Assembly: GCA_020425915.1 (NCBI GenBank)
Contig: JAGQQZ010000613.1
Coordinates: 1-33,457, forward strand
Direction: 5' to 3'
Origin: Planctomycetota bacterium
GTDB lineage: Bacteria > Planctomycetota > UBA1135 > UBA2386
DNA length: 33,457 nucleotides
How positions within the stretch are numbered: the stretch's first letter is position 1; each line of letters opens with the position of its first letter. Under the pieces are notes generated by a model. That model saw only the letters and a list, made by a program, of their open reading frames with translations, was not told where the DNA came from and searched no databases. The position numbers and the translations under genes were made by a program. Below, piece after piece: positions 1-8,609 of this stretch.

Positions 1-89
1 AGCGCCTCGGCGGCGGCTTCGGCCTCGAGATCGGAGGCGGCACCGAACTCGGCGTCGTGCTCGTGTTCCCGGTCGGCACCCGGGTCTGA
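1..89 (+). CDS. 3' end of an unidentified CDS (partial, runs off the window start)
   Basis: Plus-strand frame 3 is open from the window edge to TGA at 87-89 (RLGGGFGLEIGGGTELGVVLVFPVGTRV*). Third codon positions are almost all G/C and first positions are G-rich, as in the confident genes here. The antisense frames are P/S/T/R-rich and have no start codon. 28 aa is too short to assign a family. Confidence 0.3.
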   Translation, partial: RLGGGFGLEIGGGTELGVVLVFPVGTRV

Positions 90-112
90 GAAGCGACCCG
101 AGGGTCGAGCGG

Positions 113-1201
113 TCAGTCGGCGCCCGCTTCCAACTCGGGGAGTCGCGTCGGCCGGCCAAGCGGGTCCTGCCGCAACGGCGCCGGCCGATCCTCGAGCATG
201 GTCGACGCCACGGTCGTACCTGCGACCACGTCGTCGATCTCTCCCTCGAGCATCGCTTTGACCAGCGCCTCTTCCTCGTCAGGGTCGAGCTCGGTTCCAA
301 CCTCGACCTCCCGGGCCCCCACGGCGGGCGTCTCGGCCGGCTCCTCGGCGGCGAGGACTTCGCTGGAACCCGGAGCCGGCTCCTCGACGATCTCGTCGGT
401 GGCATCCGCGTCCTCGTCCTCGTCGAGCTCGTAGCGCTCGCCGAGGACCTCGGCGGCGAGACCGCCGTAGTCCCAGGCACCCGCCGATTCCGGATCGTGC
501 TCGAAGATCGTCCGTCCGAAGCTCGGCGCCTCGGCCAGCTTGACGTTCGAACGGATCGGATACTTGGACACCAGGTCGCCGAAATGGTGGTCGATCTCGG
601 CCAGCACCTCGGCCGTGAGCCGAGTTCGGAAGTCGACCATGCACGGCACGACCTTGGTGATCCGCAACGCGGGGTTGAGTCGCGATCGCACGAGTTCGAT
701 CACCTCGGTGAGCTTGGCCATCCCCTGCAGCGAGAAGTAGTCGGCCTGCATCGGGATCAGCACCTCCGCCGCCGCGCAGAGCGCGTTCGCGGAGATGACG
801 CCCAGCGAGGGGGGGCAGTCGAGCAACACGAAGTCGAACGGCTCGTTCGAGTCCTTCTCGTAGCGCTCGAGGGCGTCCTTGAGGACCATCTCCCGTCCGA
901 TCTTGTTCGCCAGGATCTGTTCGACGCCGCCGAGCGAGGATTCGGACGGAACGACGAACAGACCCTCTTCGTTCGACGGCACGAGCAGCTCAGCGAGCGG
1001 CTTCTGCTCGAGGAGGAGCGTGGTCATCGTCGCCGATTCGTCCGTCGGCCGGCGGTCGACGTGGAGCGACAGGTTCCCTTGCGGGTCGAGGTCGAGCAGC
1101 AGCACGCGCTTGCCACGCCGTGCGAGGCCGGCGCCGAGATTCAAGGTCGTCGTCGTCTTGCCGACGCCGCCCTTCTGGTTGATGACCGCGATGCACCTCA
1201 T
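113..1201 (-). CDS. ParA/Soj-family (deviant Walker A) ATPase with a ~105-aa acidic, proline-rich C-terminal extension
   Basis: MRCIAVINQKGGVGKTTTTLNLG is the ParA/MinD deviant Walker A. LLLDLDPQGN and LLDCPPSLG motifs are also present. ATG at 1199-1201 (GGAG about 9 nt upstream, 2 nt after the bshB1 stop) is preferred over the TTG at 1207 used by the ORF track. The region after about residue 258 (nt 116-433) is D/E/P-rich low complexity. Confidence 0.85.
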   Translation of the reverse strand: MRCIAVINQKGGVGKTTTTLNLGAGLARRGKRVLLLDLDPQGNLSLHVDRRPTDESATMTTLLLEQKPLAELLVPSNEEGLFVVPSESSLGGVEQILANKIGREMVLKDALERYEKDSNEPFDFVLLDCPPSLGVISANALCAAAEVLIPMQADYFSLQGMAKLTEVIELVRSRLNPALRITKVVPCMVDFRTRLTAEVLAEIDHHFGDLVSKYPIRSNVKLAEAPSFGRTIFEHDPESAGAWDYGGLAAEVLGERYELDEDEDADATDEIVEEPAPGSSEVLAAEEPAETPAVGAREVEVGTELDPDEEEALVKAMLEGEIDDVVAGTTVASTMLEDRPAPLRQDPLGRPTRLPELEAGAD

Positions 1202-1203
1202 CG

Positions 1204-1908
1204 TCAACTCCGATCTGGCAACAGCGAAATCAGGCTGGGCAACGAGAGCCCACCGTCGGCGACGAACGGCTCAGCGGCCTGACAACCCGACAGCGACCCG
1301 AAGTAGCGATCCCGTGCCTCGGCCCGTTCGAGCACGTCGAGCTTCCGGACACGATGTGCGTCGCTCCCGGTGACCTGGGACGCGTAGCACTCGAGCGCCG
1401 CGCGCTTCTTCGCGACGTGGGCACTGATGTCGACGCACACCGTCGGCTGGATCAGGTCGTTCCCGGCGTAGAACATCACACGGGCGGGCCGATGCGCAGG
1501 GCCCAGTCCGGGTTCGAAATTGGCGAGACCCGCGTGGAAGAACGCGCGCCGTGCGACCCGGCCGGTCTCCGCGTGGTCCGGATGGATGTCGACCGTGGTC
1601 GGGCCGAGCATGAGTGCGGGCCGCAACCGCCGGATCTGCTCGACGACCGCGTTCAACGCCCGCGCGTCGTCGCGCAGCTCGGCGTCGGGCAGACCGAGAT
1701 CGATCCGCTCGGCCACACCGAGGACGTTCGCCGCAGCCGCCGCCTCCCCGGCGCGGATCTCAGGCGTCCCGAGCGTGCCCTTCTCACCCCGTGACATGTC
1801 CACGATCGCGACGCGGGCGCCGCGCGAAACGAGGTCGACGATCGTGCCGCCGCAGCCGATCTCAGCGTCATCGGGGTGCGCCGCGAGCACGAGGACGTCG
1901 ACGGTCAC
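1204..1908 (-). CDS. bshB1: Bacillithiol biosynthesis deacetylase BshB1 (LmbE/PIG-L family)
   Basis: VDVLVLAAHPDDAEIGCGGTI, VDMSRGEKGTLGTPEIRAGEA and HPDH motifs are typical of LmbE-type deacetylases and BshB1. The GTG start at 1906-1908 overlaps the bshC TGA stop (GTGA). The 501-aa ORF in the track is an Arg-rich over-extension. Confidence 0.8.
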   Translation of the reverse strand: MTVDVLVLAAHPDDAEIGCGGTIVDLVSRGARVAIVDMSRGEKGTLGTPEIRAGEAAAAANVLGVAERIDLGLPDAELRDDARALNAVVEQIRRLRPALMLGPTTVDIHPDHAETGRVARRAFFHAGLANFEPGLGPAHRPARVMFYAGNDLIQPTVCVDISAHVAKKRAALECYASQVTGSDAHRVRKLDVLERAEARDRYFGSLSGCQAAEPFVADGGLSLPSLISLLPDRS

Positions 1909-3476
1909 AGTTCGACGACTCCGTGATCGATGCAGAACGGATCCGCGGCATCGAGGATCGATCGCGAGATCGAGGTCCCGTGCCGAACCATGAAGGGCAG
2001 GATCGGCAGCACTCGCTCCTGCAGGCGACCGCGCGGCCGTAGGTTCGCGACGAGCTTGCGGACCTGCAGCAACCCGGTGCCCACACGCTGTTCGCGAGCC
2101 TTGCGCAGCTTCTTGGTGAGCTTCGTGAGCTCCTCCGCGATCTTCGACTGGGTCCTGGATGCGGGAGCCACGAGTTGCGGATCCGAGTCCGCGACCAGCG
2201 CGGCGATGCGCTTGAGCTCCGAGTCGATCTGGTCGCCGAGCGAGTTCAAGGCCTCCTCGACCGTGCCCTCCGATCCGTCGTCGAGTTCCGCCGCGATCTC
2301 CGCCGGATCCCGCGTGAGGTCCGGGATGTCGAGACCGCAGCGGTTCAGGACGCGACCGATCGACGGTTCGACGAGCGTCATCGACGCCCGCGGCACGAAC
2401 ACCGGCTGCGGAACGCCGAGCGTCTTGTAGAGCGGCCCCGCGATCGCGAGGTACGACAGTTCGCCGGGACCGACGACGAATCCGATCGTCGGCAGGCAGG
2501 CGTCCTGCCACAGCGGTCGCAGCAGCACGCCCGGACTGAGGTCCTGAGCGCGTCGGAAGGGCTCGCTCGCGGCGAGCGGAACGCGTCGATCCCCGGCCAT
2601 CTCGAACATCAGCGTGGCCGTCGGGTCCATCGTCACGTCGAGTCCGATGTCGGTGAGGTGTTCGGTGACGCCTCCGATCCGGTCGCGGATCGAGTCCGAC
2701 ATCTCGCACCAGCGCGGCAGCACTTCGAATGCCGAGGCGGGCAGGTCACGCGGTTCGATGACGAGCAGGCCGTCCTCGCCGAACAGCGAGAACAGGAGCC
2801 GCGCCATCGCGTCGCCAAAGTGCTCGTCGGCGTGGCGTGGCCGGAACACGTCCATCACCGATTCGAGGAAGTCGCTGTCGGGGAGTAGCGTCGCGACCTC
2901 GGCGAGCGCGCTTTCCATCGCCCGGCCGACCCGGATCGACCGAATCGGCTCCCCGCTCGCAGCCGGCAGGTCGAGCCGCACCCGCTGCACCTCCTGCGAC
3001 GAGTTCGGCAGGAAGGCGCGGTTGACCTCGTCGAGATCGTGGTCGTCGCTGTGGTTCCAGAACACCGGCACGACGCGCGGCGCATCGGGCAATTCCGACA
3101 GTTCGCGCGCGAGCCGGACCGCAGTCGCCGCCTTGTGCACCGAATACAGCGGTCCACCGAAGAGGCCCGGCTGCTGGCCGGTGATCACGAAGAACGTGTC
3201 GTCCGACGCCACGGCTCGGGCGCTGTCCAGCACTTCCTGCGGTGCCCCATGCCGTTCCGCGTAGTCGGTGAACGAGACCGACAAGTCCCGGCGATCGACG
3301 AGCCGACGCGCGTTCAGCGGAGCGCGACGCAGCAGGTCCGCCCCATTTCGCGGGCGGCTGCCGAGGAACTGCCGGATCTCCGGGTCGTCCTCGCAGTACC
3401 GGAGTTGCACCTCGATGGTGCCGAGGCGGCGATACGGAATGTGCCTGACGTTCGCTCTCACGTGTTCAACGCTCAC
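1905..3476 (-). CDS. bshC: Bacillithiol biosynthesis cysteine-adding enzyme BshC
   Basis: ITGQQPGLFGGPLYSVHKAATAVRLA and VFWNHSDDHDLDEVN match the hallmark BshC (YllA) motifs GGQQxGLxxGPLYxxHK and FWxxxEDHDxDE. The GTG start at 3474-3476 gives 523 aa and overlaps the pyrF 3' end by 11 nt. Confidence 0.8.
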   Translation of the reverse strand: MSVEHVRANVRHIPYRRLGTIEVQLRYCEDDPEIRQFLGSRPRNGADLLRRAPLNARRLVDRRDLSVSFTDYAERHGAPQEVLDSARAVASDDTFFVITGQQPGLFGGPLYSVHKAATAVRLARELSELPDAPRVVPVFWNHSDDHDLDEVNRAFLPNSSQEVQRVRLDLPAASGEPIRSIRVGRAMESALAEVATLLPDSDFLESVMDVFRPRHADEHFGDAMARLLFSLFGEDGLLVIEPRDLPASAFEVLPRWCEMSDSIRDRIGGVTEHLTDIGLDVTMDPTATLMFEMAGDRRVPLAASEPFRRAQDLSPGVLLRPLWQDACLPTIGFVVGPGELSYLAIAGPLYKTLGVPQPVFVPRASMTLVEPSIGRVLNRCGLDIPDLTRDPAEIAAELDDGSEGTVEEALNSLGDQIDSELKRIAALVADSDPQLVAPASRTQSKIAEELTKLTKKLRKAREQRVGTGLLQVRKLVANLRPRGRLQERVLPILPFMVRHGTSISRSILDAADPFCIDHGVVEL

Positions 3477-4326
3477 GGCAAACCTCCCGCAACTCGGCGC
3501 AGAAGCCCTCGAGCGCGGCGGTGATCCGATCGAGCCAGTCGCGGTCGGTCGGCTCGAAACACTGCATGATGCCGCGACTCTGGTTGACCAAGGCACCCCG
3601 TCCGCGATCATCGAACGCAGGACCGAGGTCGGCGACGGCCCCACCTTGGGCGCCGACACCGGGGATGAGGAACCACGCGCGCGGCATGCGCGCACGCAGA
3701 CTCACGAGTTGTTCGGGATAGGTCGCACCCACGACGGCCCCTACGGCCGAATAGCCGGTCGAGTCCACCAATTCGCGCCCCCAACGATCGACCGCGTCGG
3801 CGACGGCCTCGCACAGCGTCTCGCCATCGGTCACGCGCTCTTGGAACTCACCGGCCGACGGATTGCTGGTGTGGACGAGCACGAACACGGCGCGGCCCGA
3901 CTCGCGGCATGGCGCAAGGAAGGGTTCGATCGAGTCCGAGCCAAGATAGGGATGCAAGGTGACGGCGTCGGCGTGCTCGAAGTGCGCTCGAGCGTACGCC
4001 GCTGCAGTACTCCCGATGTCGCCGCGCTTGATGTCGCCGATGACAGGCAGCCCGAGCTCGCGCGCGATGCGACAAGTCTCGATCCATGCCGCGAATCCCT
4101 CGGCACCGAACACCTCGAAGAATGCGATGTTGGGCTTCACCGCGACGGCGAGCGGCGCGATGCGCGGGAGGGCCTCGCGGTAGAACGCGACGATCCGCTG
4201 CGCCGGCGGCGCGTCGGGCTCGAGGGTCCCCGGCAGCGCGTCGAGGCGTGGATCGAGGCCGACGACGGCAGCTTGGCGGCCAGCTGCGAGCCGTGCGTCG
4301 ATTTGCTTCGTGAAGGCCTCGTCCAT
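3466..4326 (-). CDS. pyrF: Orotidine-5'-phosphate decarboxylase, type 2
   Basis: VVGLDPRLD, KPNIAFFE and GDIKRGDIGSTAAAY motifs. The 286-aa length is typical of long-form PyrF. Confidence 0.85.
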   Translation of the reverse strand: MDEAFTKQIDARLAAGRQAAVVGLDPRLDALPGTLEPDAPPAQRIVAFYREALPRIAPLAVAVKPNIAFFEVFGAEGFAAWIETCRIARELGLPVIGDIKRGDIGSTAAAYARAHFEHADAVTLHPYLGSDSIEPFLAPCRESGRAVFVLVHTSNPSAGEFQERVTDGETLCEAVADAVDRWGRELVDSTGYSAVGAVVGATYPEQLVSLRARMPRAWFLIPGVGAQGGAVADLGPAFDDRGRGALVNQSRGIMQCFEPTDRDWLDRITAALEGFCAELREVCRER

Positions 4327-4465
4327 CGGTTCGCTCCGCTCATGCTAGCGGCTCGCGCGCACGAGCCCACGCGCGAAATCCGAGCCGGTTCGACGGTGGT
4401 AAAGCGCGGCGGTTTTGCTTCGCTAGACACGTCCACGACCCCGACTCGCTCGAGAGGCTGCACGT

Positions 4466-5608
4466 ATGGCAAAGGTCTTCGTTCCCCGAGAATCCGAAGC
4501 CGGCGAAACCCGCGTCGCCGCGACCCCGGAGACCGTGCGGGGGTTCGTCAAGGCCGGTTTCGACGTCGTCGTCGAGCACGACGCTGGCGCGTCGGCGGGC
4601 TTCACGAACGCGGAGTTCGAGGAGGCCGGTGCCAAGATCGGCTACGAACTGGGCGAGGCGGACCTCGTGCTCTGCATTCGGCCGCTCGAACCCGAGGCCT
4701 GCGGCAAGCTCAAGCCCGGCGCAATCGTCATCGGCAGCCTGCAGCCGACGGTCCATACGAACTCCGTCCAGGCGCTCGCGAACGCCAAGGCGACGTCGTT
4801 CGGGCTCGAGCTCGTACCACGAATCACCCGAGCGCAGAAGATGGACATCCTGAGCAGCCAGGCGACCGCCGCCGGCTACCAGGCCGTGCTGATGGCGGCC
4901 GCGCACCTTCCGAAGTTCTTTCCGCTGTTGATGACCGCGGCCGGCACGATCAAGCCGGCTCGGGTCTTCATCCTCGGCGCCGGCGTCGCCGGTCTACAAG
5001 CGATCGCGACGGCACGTCGACTCGGCGCCGTCGTCGAAGCCAACGACGTGCGGTCGGCCGCCGCGGAGCAGGTCGAGAGCCTCGGCGCGAAGTTCGTCGA
5101 CACCGGTACGCCACCGCAAGCCGAGACGACGGGCGGGTACGCGAAGGAGACGACGCACGAGTACCTGATGAAGCAACGTGAGATCCTCACGAAGCACGTT
5201 TCCGACGCGGACGTCGTGATCACGACGGCTCTGATCCCTGGTCGCAAGGCACCCGTCATCGTCACGGCCGACATGGTCAAGGCGATGCACCCGGGTTCGG
5301 TGATCGTGGACCTCGCCGTCGCCGCCGGCGGCAACGTCGAGGGCAGCGTGGCCGGCAAGATCGTCGACGTCGGCGGCGTGAAGATCATCGGCGAACCGAA
5401 CCTCCCGTCGCTCGTCGGCACGGACGCGAGCCGCATGTGGGCACGCAACGTGCTCGACTTCGTCAAGCCGATGTTCAAGGAAGGCGGCGGCCTCGAACCC
5501 GACTGGGAGGACGAGGTCCTGCTCGCCAGTGTCGTCACGCGCGACGGACAGATCGTTCACGAGGGCGCGAAGCAAGCGCAGCAGAGCAGCAAGGACGCCT
5601 CGCAATGA
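4466..5608 (+). CDS. pntAA: NAD(P) transhydrogenase subunit alpha part 1 (dI, NAD(H)-binding)
   Basis: N-terminus MAKVFVPRESEAGETRVAATPETV. Alanine-dehydrogenase/PNT fold with the Rossmann motif ILGAGVAGLQAIATARRLGA. GAGAGG lies 8 nt upstream of the ATG. Confidence 0.9.
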   Translation: MAKVFVPRESEAGETRVAATPETVRGFVKAGFDVVVEHDAGASAGFTNAEFEEAGAKIGYELGEADLVLCIRPLEPEACGKLKPGAIVIGSLQPTVHTNSVQALANAKATSFGLELVPRITRAQKMDILSSQATAAGYQAVLMAAAHLPKFFPLLMTAAGTIKPARVFILGAGVAGLQAIATARRLGAVVEANDVRSAAAEQVESLGAKFVDTGTPPQAETTGGYAKETTHEYLMKQREILTKHVSDADVVITTALIPGRKAPVIVTADMVKAMHPGSVIVDLAVAAGGNVEGSVAGKIVDVGGVKIIGEPNLPSLVGTDASRMWARNVLDFVKPMFKEGGGLEPDWEDEVLLASVVTRDGQIVHEGAKQAQQSSKDASQ

Positions 5609-5910
5609 GTTTCGAGATCATCTTCTTCGTGTTCGTGCTCGGGGCCTTCATCGGCTTCGAGGTCATCACGAAAGTCCCGCCGACGCTGCACACGCCGCTC
5701 ATGTCCGGTAGCAATGCGATCTCGGGTGTGACGATCGTCGGCGCGATCATCTGCCTGCGGTTGTTCGAAGGCGGCTCGCCCGTCGGCATGGTCGCGCACG
5801 TGCTGGGCTTCCTCGCCGTCGTTTGCGCGATGGTCAACGTGATCGGTGGCTTCATGGTCACCGACCGCATGCTGGCGATGTTCAAGTCGAAGACCAAGAA
5901 GAAGGACTGA
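5605..5910 (+). CDS. pntAB: NAD(P) transhydrogenase subunit alpha part 2 (membrane dII-a)
   Basis: 101 aa with three hydrophobic helices and the PLMSGSNAISG motif. ATGA overlap with the pntAA stop. The ORF-track start at 5437 is an over-extension. Confidence 0.85.
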   Translation: MSFEIIFFVFVLGAFIGFEVITKVPPTLHTPLMSGSNAISGVTIVGAIICLRLFEGGSPVGMVAHVLGFLAVVCAMVNVIGGFMVTDRMLAMFKSKTKKKD

Positions 5911-5913
5911 GTC

Positions 5914-7344
5914 GTGGAGAAGCTGTACGTCTACCTGTATCTGCTCGCCACGGCGCTGTTCATCCTCGGCCTGAAGCGTCTGTCCGGCGTCCGCACCGCG
6001 CGCGGCGGCAACCGCCTGGCCGCGCTCGGCATGCTGATCGCGATCGTCGCGGCGGGCATGGAGGGGGTCGGAAGCGGTGGCCTCAGCTGGAGCATGTTGC
6101 TCCCCGCGATGCTGCTCGGCACGGCGATCGGCGCATTCCTCGCCACCAAGGTCGAGATGACCGAGATGCCCGAGCTCGTCGCCGCATTCAACGGTGTCGG
6201 CGGGCTCGCCTCGGCTGTGGTCGCGCTGTCGTTCCTGGCGAACCACACCGCGGATGGGTCACTAATCGACCTGTTGTCGGAAGCGCACGACATCGAATCC
6301 CCGGTCAGCACGGCAATCACGCTGCCGCTCAGCATCCTGATCGGCATCGCGACGCTGACCGGCAGTTTCGTCGCCTACCTGAAGCTCGGTGGCAAGAAGA
6401 TGAGCCATCCGTTCGCCGGCAGCTCGCGTCACGGCGTGCACCTGCTGCTCGGCGCGCTCGCGATCGTCTCGAGCCTGTGGATGATCCTCTGGGCCACGAA
6501 CGGTGGTTCGCAGTGGCTGGCGATCGTCGTGCTCGTCGTGATCTCCGGCATCCTCGGCGTGTTCCTGACGATGCCGATCGGCGGCGCCGACATGCCGGTC
6601 GTCGTCGCGTTGCTGAACTCGTACTCGGGGCTCGCGGCCGCCGCGAGCGGGTTCGTCATCCAGAACCTGTTGCTCGTCGTCGCCGGTTCGCTGGTCGGCG
6701 CCTCGGGCCTGATCCTCACGCGGATCATGTGCAAGGCGATGAACCGTTCGCTCGGCAACGTGCTGCTCGGCGGGATCGGTGACGACTCCGTCGCCGAGGA
6801 CGCGCGCGAGTACTCGAACATCAAGGAGTCCTCCCCCGAGGAGGTCGCGATGCTGCTCGATGCGGCGACTTCGGTCATCATCGTGCCCGGCTACGGACTC
6901 GCGGTCGCGCAAGCGCAGCACGTCGTGCGCGAACTCGCGAACGAACTCGAGAAGCGCGACATCCAGGTCCGGTACGCGATCCACCCGGTCGCCGGCCGGA
7001 TGCCCGGTCACATGAACGTGCTGCTCGCCGAGGCCGACGTCCCTTACGAGCAGCTCTGGGAACTCGAACGCATCAATGGCGACTTCCAGAACACCGACGT
7101 CGTCATCGTCGTCGGCGCCAACGACGTCGTGAACCCGGTCGCGCGTGAGCAGGGCAACCCGATCTCGGGGATGCCGATCCTCGACGTCGACCACGCGCAG
7201 ACCGTCGTGAACATCAAGCGCAGCCTCAGTCCGGGCTATGCCGGCATCAAGAACCCGCTGTTCGAACTCGACAACAGCCTGATGGTGTTCATGGACGCGA
7301 AGGAAGCGCTGACCGAGATGCTGAAAGAGGTCAAGGAGCTGTAG
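5914..7344 (+). CDS. pntB: NAD(P) transhydrogenase subunit beta (dII-b + dIII, NADP(H)-binding)
   Basis: Multi-TM N-terminal half followed by the dIII motifs IIVPGYGLAVAQAQH, YAIHPVAGRMPGHMNVLLAEA and VVGANDVVNP. GTG start 3 nt after the pntAB stop. Confidence 0.9.
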   Translation: MEKLYVYLYLLATALFILGLKRLSGVRTARGGNRLAALGMLIAIVAAGMEGVGSGGLSWSMLLPAMLLGTAIGAFLATKVEMTEMPELVAAFNGVGGLASAVVALSFLANHTADGSLIDLLSEAHDIESPVSTAITLPLSILIGIATLTGSFVAYLKLGGKKMSHPFAGSSRHGVHLLLGALAIVSSLWMILWATNGGSQWLAIVVLVVISGILGVFLTMPIGGADMPVVVALLNSYSGLAAAASGFVIQNLLLVVAGSLVGASGLILTRIMCKAMNRSLGNVLLGGIGDDSVAEDAREYSNIKESSPEEVAMLLDAATSVIIVPGYGLAVAQAQHVVRELANELEKRDIQVRYAIHPVAGRMPGHMNVLLAEADVPYEQLWELERINGDFQNTDVVIVVGANDVVNPVAREQGNPISGMPILDVDHAQTVVNIKRSLSPGYAGIKNPLFELDNSLMVFMDAKEALTEMLKEVKEL

Positions 7345-7357
7345 CGCCGCGCGCGGT

Positions 7358-7864
7358 CTACGGTCGGAACAGTTTCCCGGCGTGTGCGCTGTCCGGGAAC
7401 TTGCCCGCCACCGCGTTCGCGCGCCGCACGGCCTCCTTCAGCGAGACGATGCGCGCACCGTCCTCGATCGGGATCCAGACCGAGTGCTCGCGGCGCTCCT
7501 GCACCACCGCGTCGAATTGCTCGGTGGTCTCGGCAGCGTCGAGCCGATCGAGCAAGGCCTGGTCGAGCAGCGCGGATCCGTCGGACACCGCGATCTCCGT
7601 CACACCGAGCAGCGCATCGCAGCTGACGCCGTAGACACGCGCGAGTTCGATCAGGTCCTGACAGGACGGTAGCCGGGCGCCGCTTTCCCAGCGCGAGATC
7701 GCCGACTCGTGACACCCGACACGTCCTGCGACCTCGTCCTGCGTCAGGTCGAGCCGCGCGCGGAGTTGGCGCAGGCGCACGGCGACTTCGGACGCGAGCT
7801 TCGAGCGTCGCGGATCGACGGGTCTCTCTGGGGTCATCGGGTTCGCGTTGGGGCGGACGGGCAT
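7358..7864 (-). CDS. XRE-family helix-turn-helix transcriptional regulator with an ~80-aa C-terminal domain of unknown function
   Basis: LRQLRARLDLTQDEVAGRVGCHESAISRWESGARLPSCQDLIELARVYGVSCDALL is a classic HTH_3/Cro-C1 domain. ATG at 7862-7864, with an alternative at 7837. The 282-aa ORF-track version runs through the promoter region and into the sigma gene, and I treat it as an over-extension. Confidence 0.7.
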   Translation of the reverse strand: MPVRPNANPMTPERPVDPRRSKLASEVAVRLRQLRARLDLTQDEVAGRVGCHESAISRWESGARLPSCQDLIELARVYGVSCDALLGVTEIAVSDGSALLDQALLDRLDAAETTEQFDAVVQERREHSVWIPIEDGARIVSLKEAVRRANAVAGKFPDSAHAGKLFRP

Positions 7865-7922
7865 TGTACGTGCCGATCCGCAGGTCTTCGGTGGTTGTCG
7901 AGAGGATCGGAATCGACGGCAC

Positions 7923-7951
7923 AGAACTTGACAATTCGTCAAACTTCGTGA
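7923..7951 (+). promoter_or_regulatory. Candidate ECF-type promoter (AGAACTT-N17-CGTGA) overlapping a TTGAC-AATTC-GTCAA inverted repeat
   Basis: AGAACTT at 7923-7929, a 17-nt spacer, then CGTGA at 7947-7951, about 85 nt upstream of the ECF sigma ATG. This resembles the generic GGAAC-N16/17-CGT ECF promoter architecture. TTGAC (7928-7932) and GTCAA (7938-7942) form a 5-bp inverted repeat. This is pattern matching only. Confidence 0.25.
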
Positions 7952-8033
7952 AGGATCGGCTTTCTCTTCGGAGCTCGCGGTCTCATTGGGACTTCGAGCT
8001 CTCTTGCACCTCAGAAAACACACCCAGAAGAAG

Positions 8034-8609
8034 ATGAAGCACCCTGCACGCCCCGCGACGTCGTTCGCGGGTCCCCGATCTCCCGTCGACCGGGCATTCG
8101 CCGAGTTCCGCCGCACCCAGGATCCCGAGGCGTTCGCCGAAGTGGTCCGCGAGACTCGGAAACCGCTCGAGGGCACCGCGCGCACCCTCGTGCGCGACGC
8201 GGCCACGGCCGACGACCTCGTCCAGACGACGCTGTTCGCCGCGCTGCGCGGAGCGCCGAGCTACGACCCTGCACAGCCGGTCGTGCCCTGGCTGATCGGG
8301 ATCCTGATGAACCGCGCCCGGCGTTGGCGCCGCCAGGATCGCCGTGTTCCGGATCCGGATCGGATGGCTCCGGAATTGCCGCTGCCGGACCCCTGCGTGA
8401 CGGTCGAGCACCGCGAGACGAAGACCCGGGTCGCTGACGCGATCCGGCGCTTGCCGCACAACTATCGCGACGTCCTCGAACTGCACCTGCTCCGCGGACT
8501 CACGCCGCTCGAGATCGCGGGCCACCTGGGCCGATCTCGTAGCACGGTGCGAACCCAACTCGCTCGCGGTCTCGCCAGGTTGCGGTTCGAGCTACGGACC
8601 GCCGGCTAG
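8034..8609 (+). CDS. ECF-type (group 4) sigma-70 family RNA polymerase sigma factor
   Basis: Region 2 (DLVQTTLFAALRGAPSYDP...VPWLIGILMNRARRWRR) and region 4 (LPHNYRDVLELHLLRGLTPLEIAGHLGRSRSTVRTQLARGLARLR). ATG at 8034 is preferred over the ORF-track start at 7986. Confidence 0.8.
   Translation: MKHPARPATSFAGPRSPVDRAFAEFRRTQDPEAFAEVVRETRKPLEGTARTLVRDAATADDLVQTTLFAALRGAPSYDPAQPVVPWLIGILMNRARRWRRQDRRVPDPDRMAPELPLPDPCVTVEHRETKTRVADAIRRLPHNYRDVLELHLLRGLTPLEIAGHLGRSRSTVRTQLARGLARLRFELRTAG

Noticed and set aside
1909-2709. 5' extension of the bshB1 ORF to 501 aa (ORF track 1204..2709)
   Set aside because: The extension overlaps bshC out of frame and is Arg-rich nonsense. The LmbE-family N-terminus begins at the GTG at 1908, which forms a GTGA junction with bshC. 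The same reasoning removes the 5' extensions at 7865-8206 (XRE), 20498-20854 (actE), 27935-28012 (carbamoyltransferase), 30548-30721 (sigma) and 32775-32837 (lipoprotein).
3268-5181. 637-aa plus-strand ORF spanning pyrF, the intergenic region and part of pntAA
   Set aside because: It runs antisense through pyrF and out of frame through pntAA. It crosses a divergent promoter region and has an extreme Arg/Gly/Asp composition.
8606-8609. 4-nt convergent overlap of the ECF sigma and nhaD stop codons within the palindrome GCTAGC
   Set aside because: TAG read on both strands of a palindromic hexamer is a trivial coincidence of compact gene packing. It has no evident regulatory meaning beyond showing there is no room for an anti-sigma gene.
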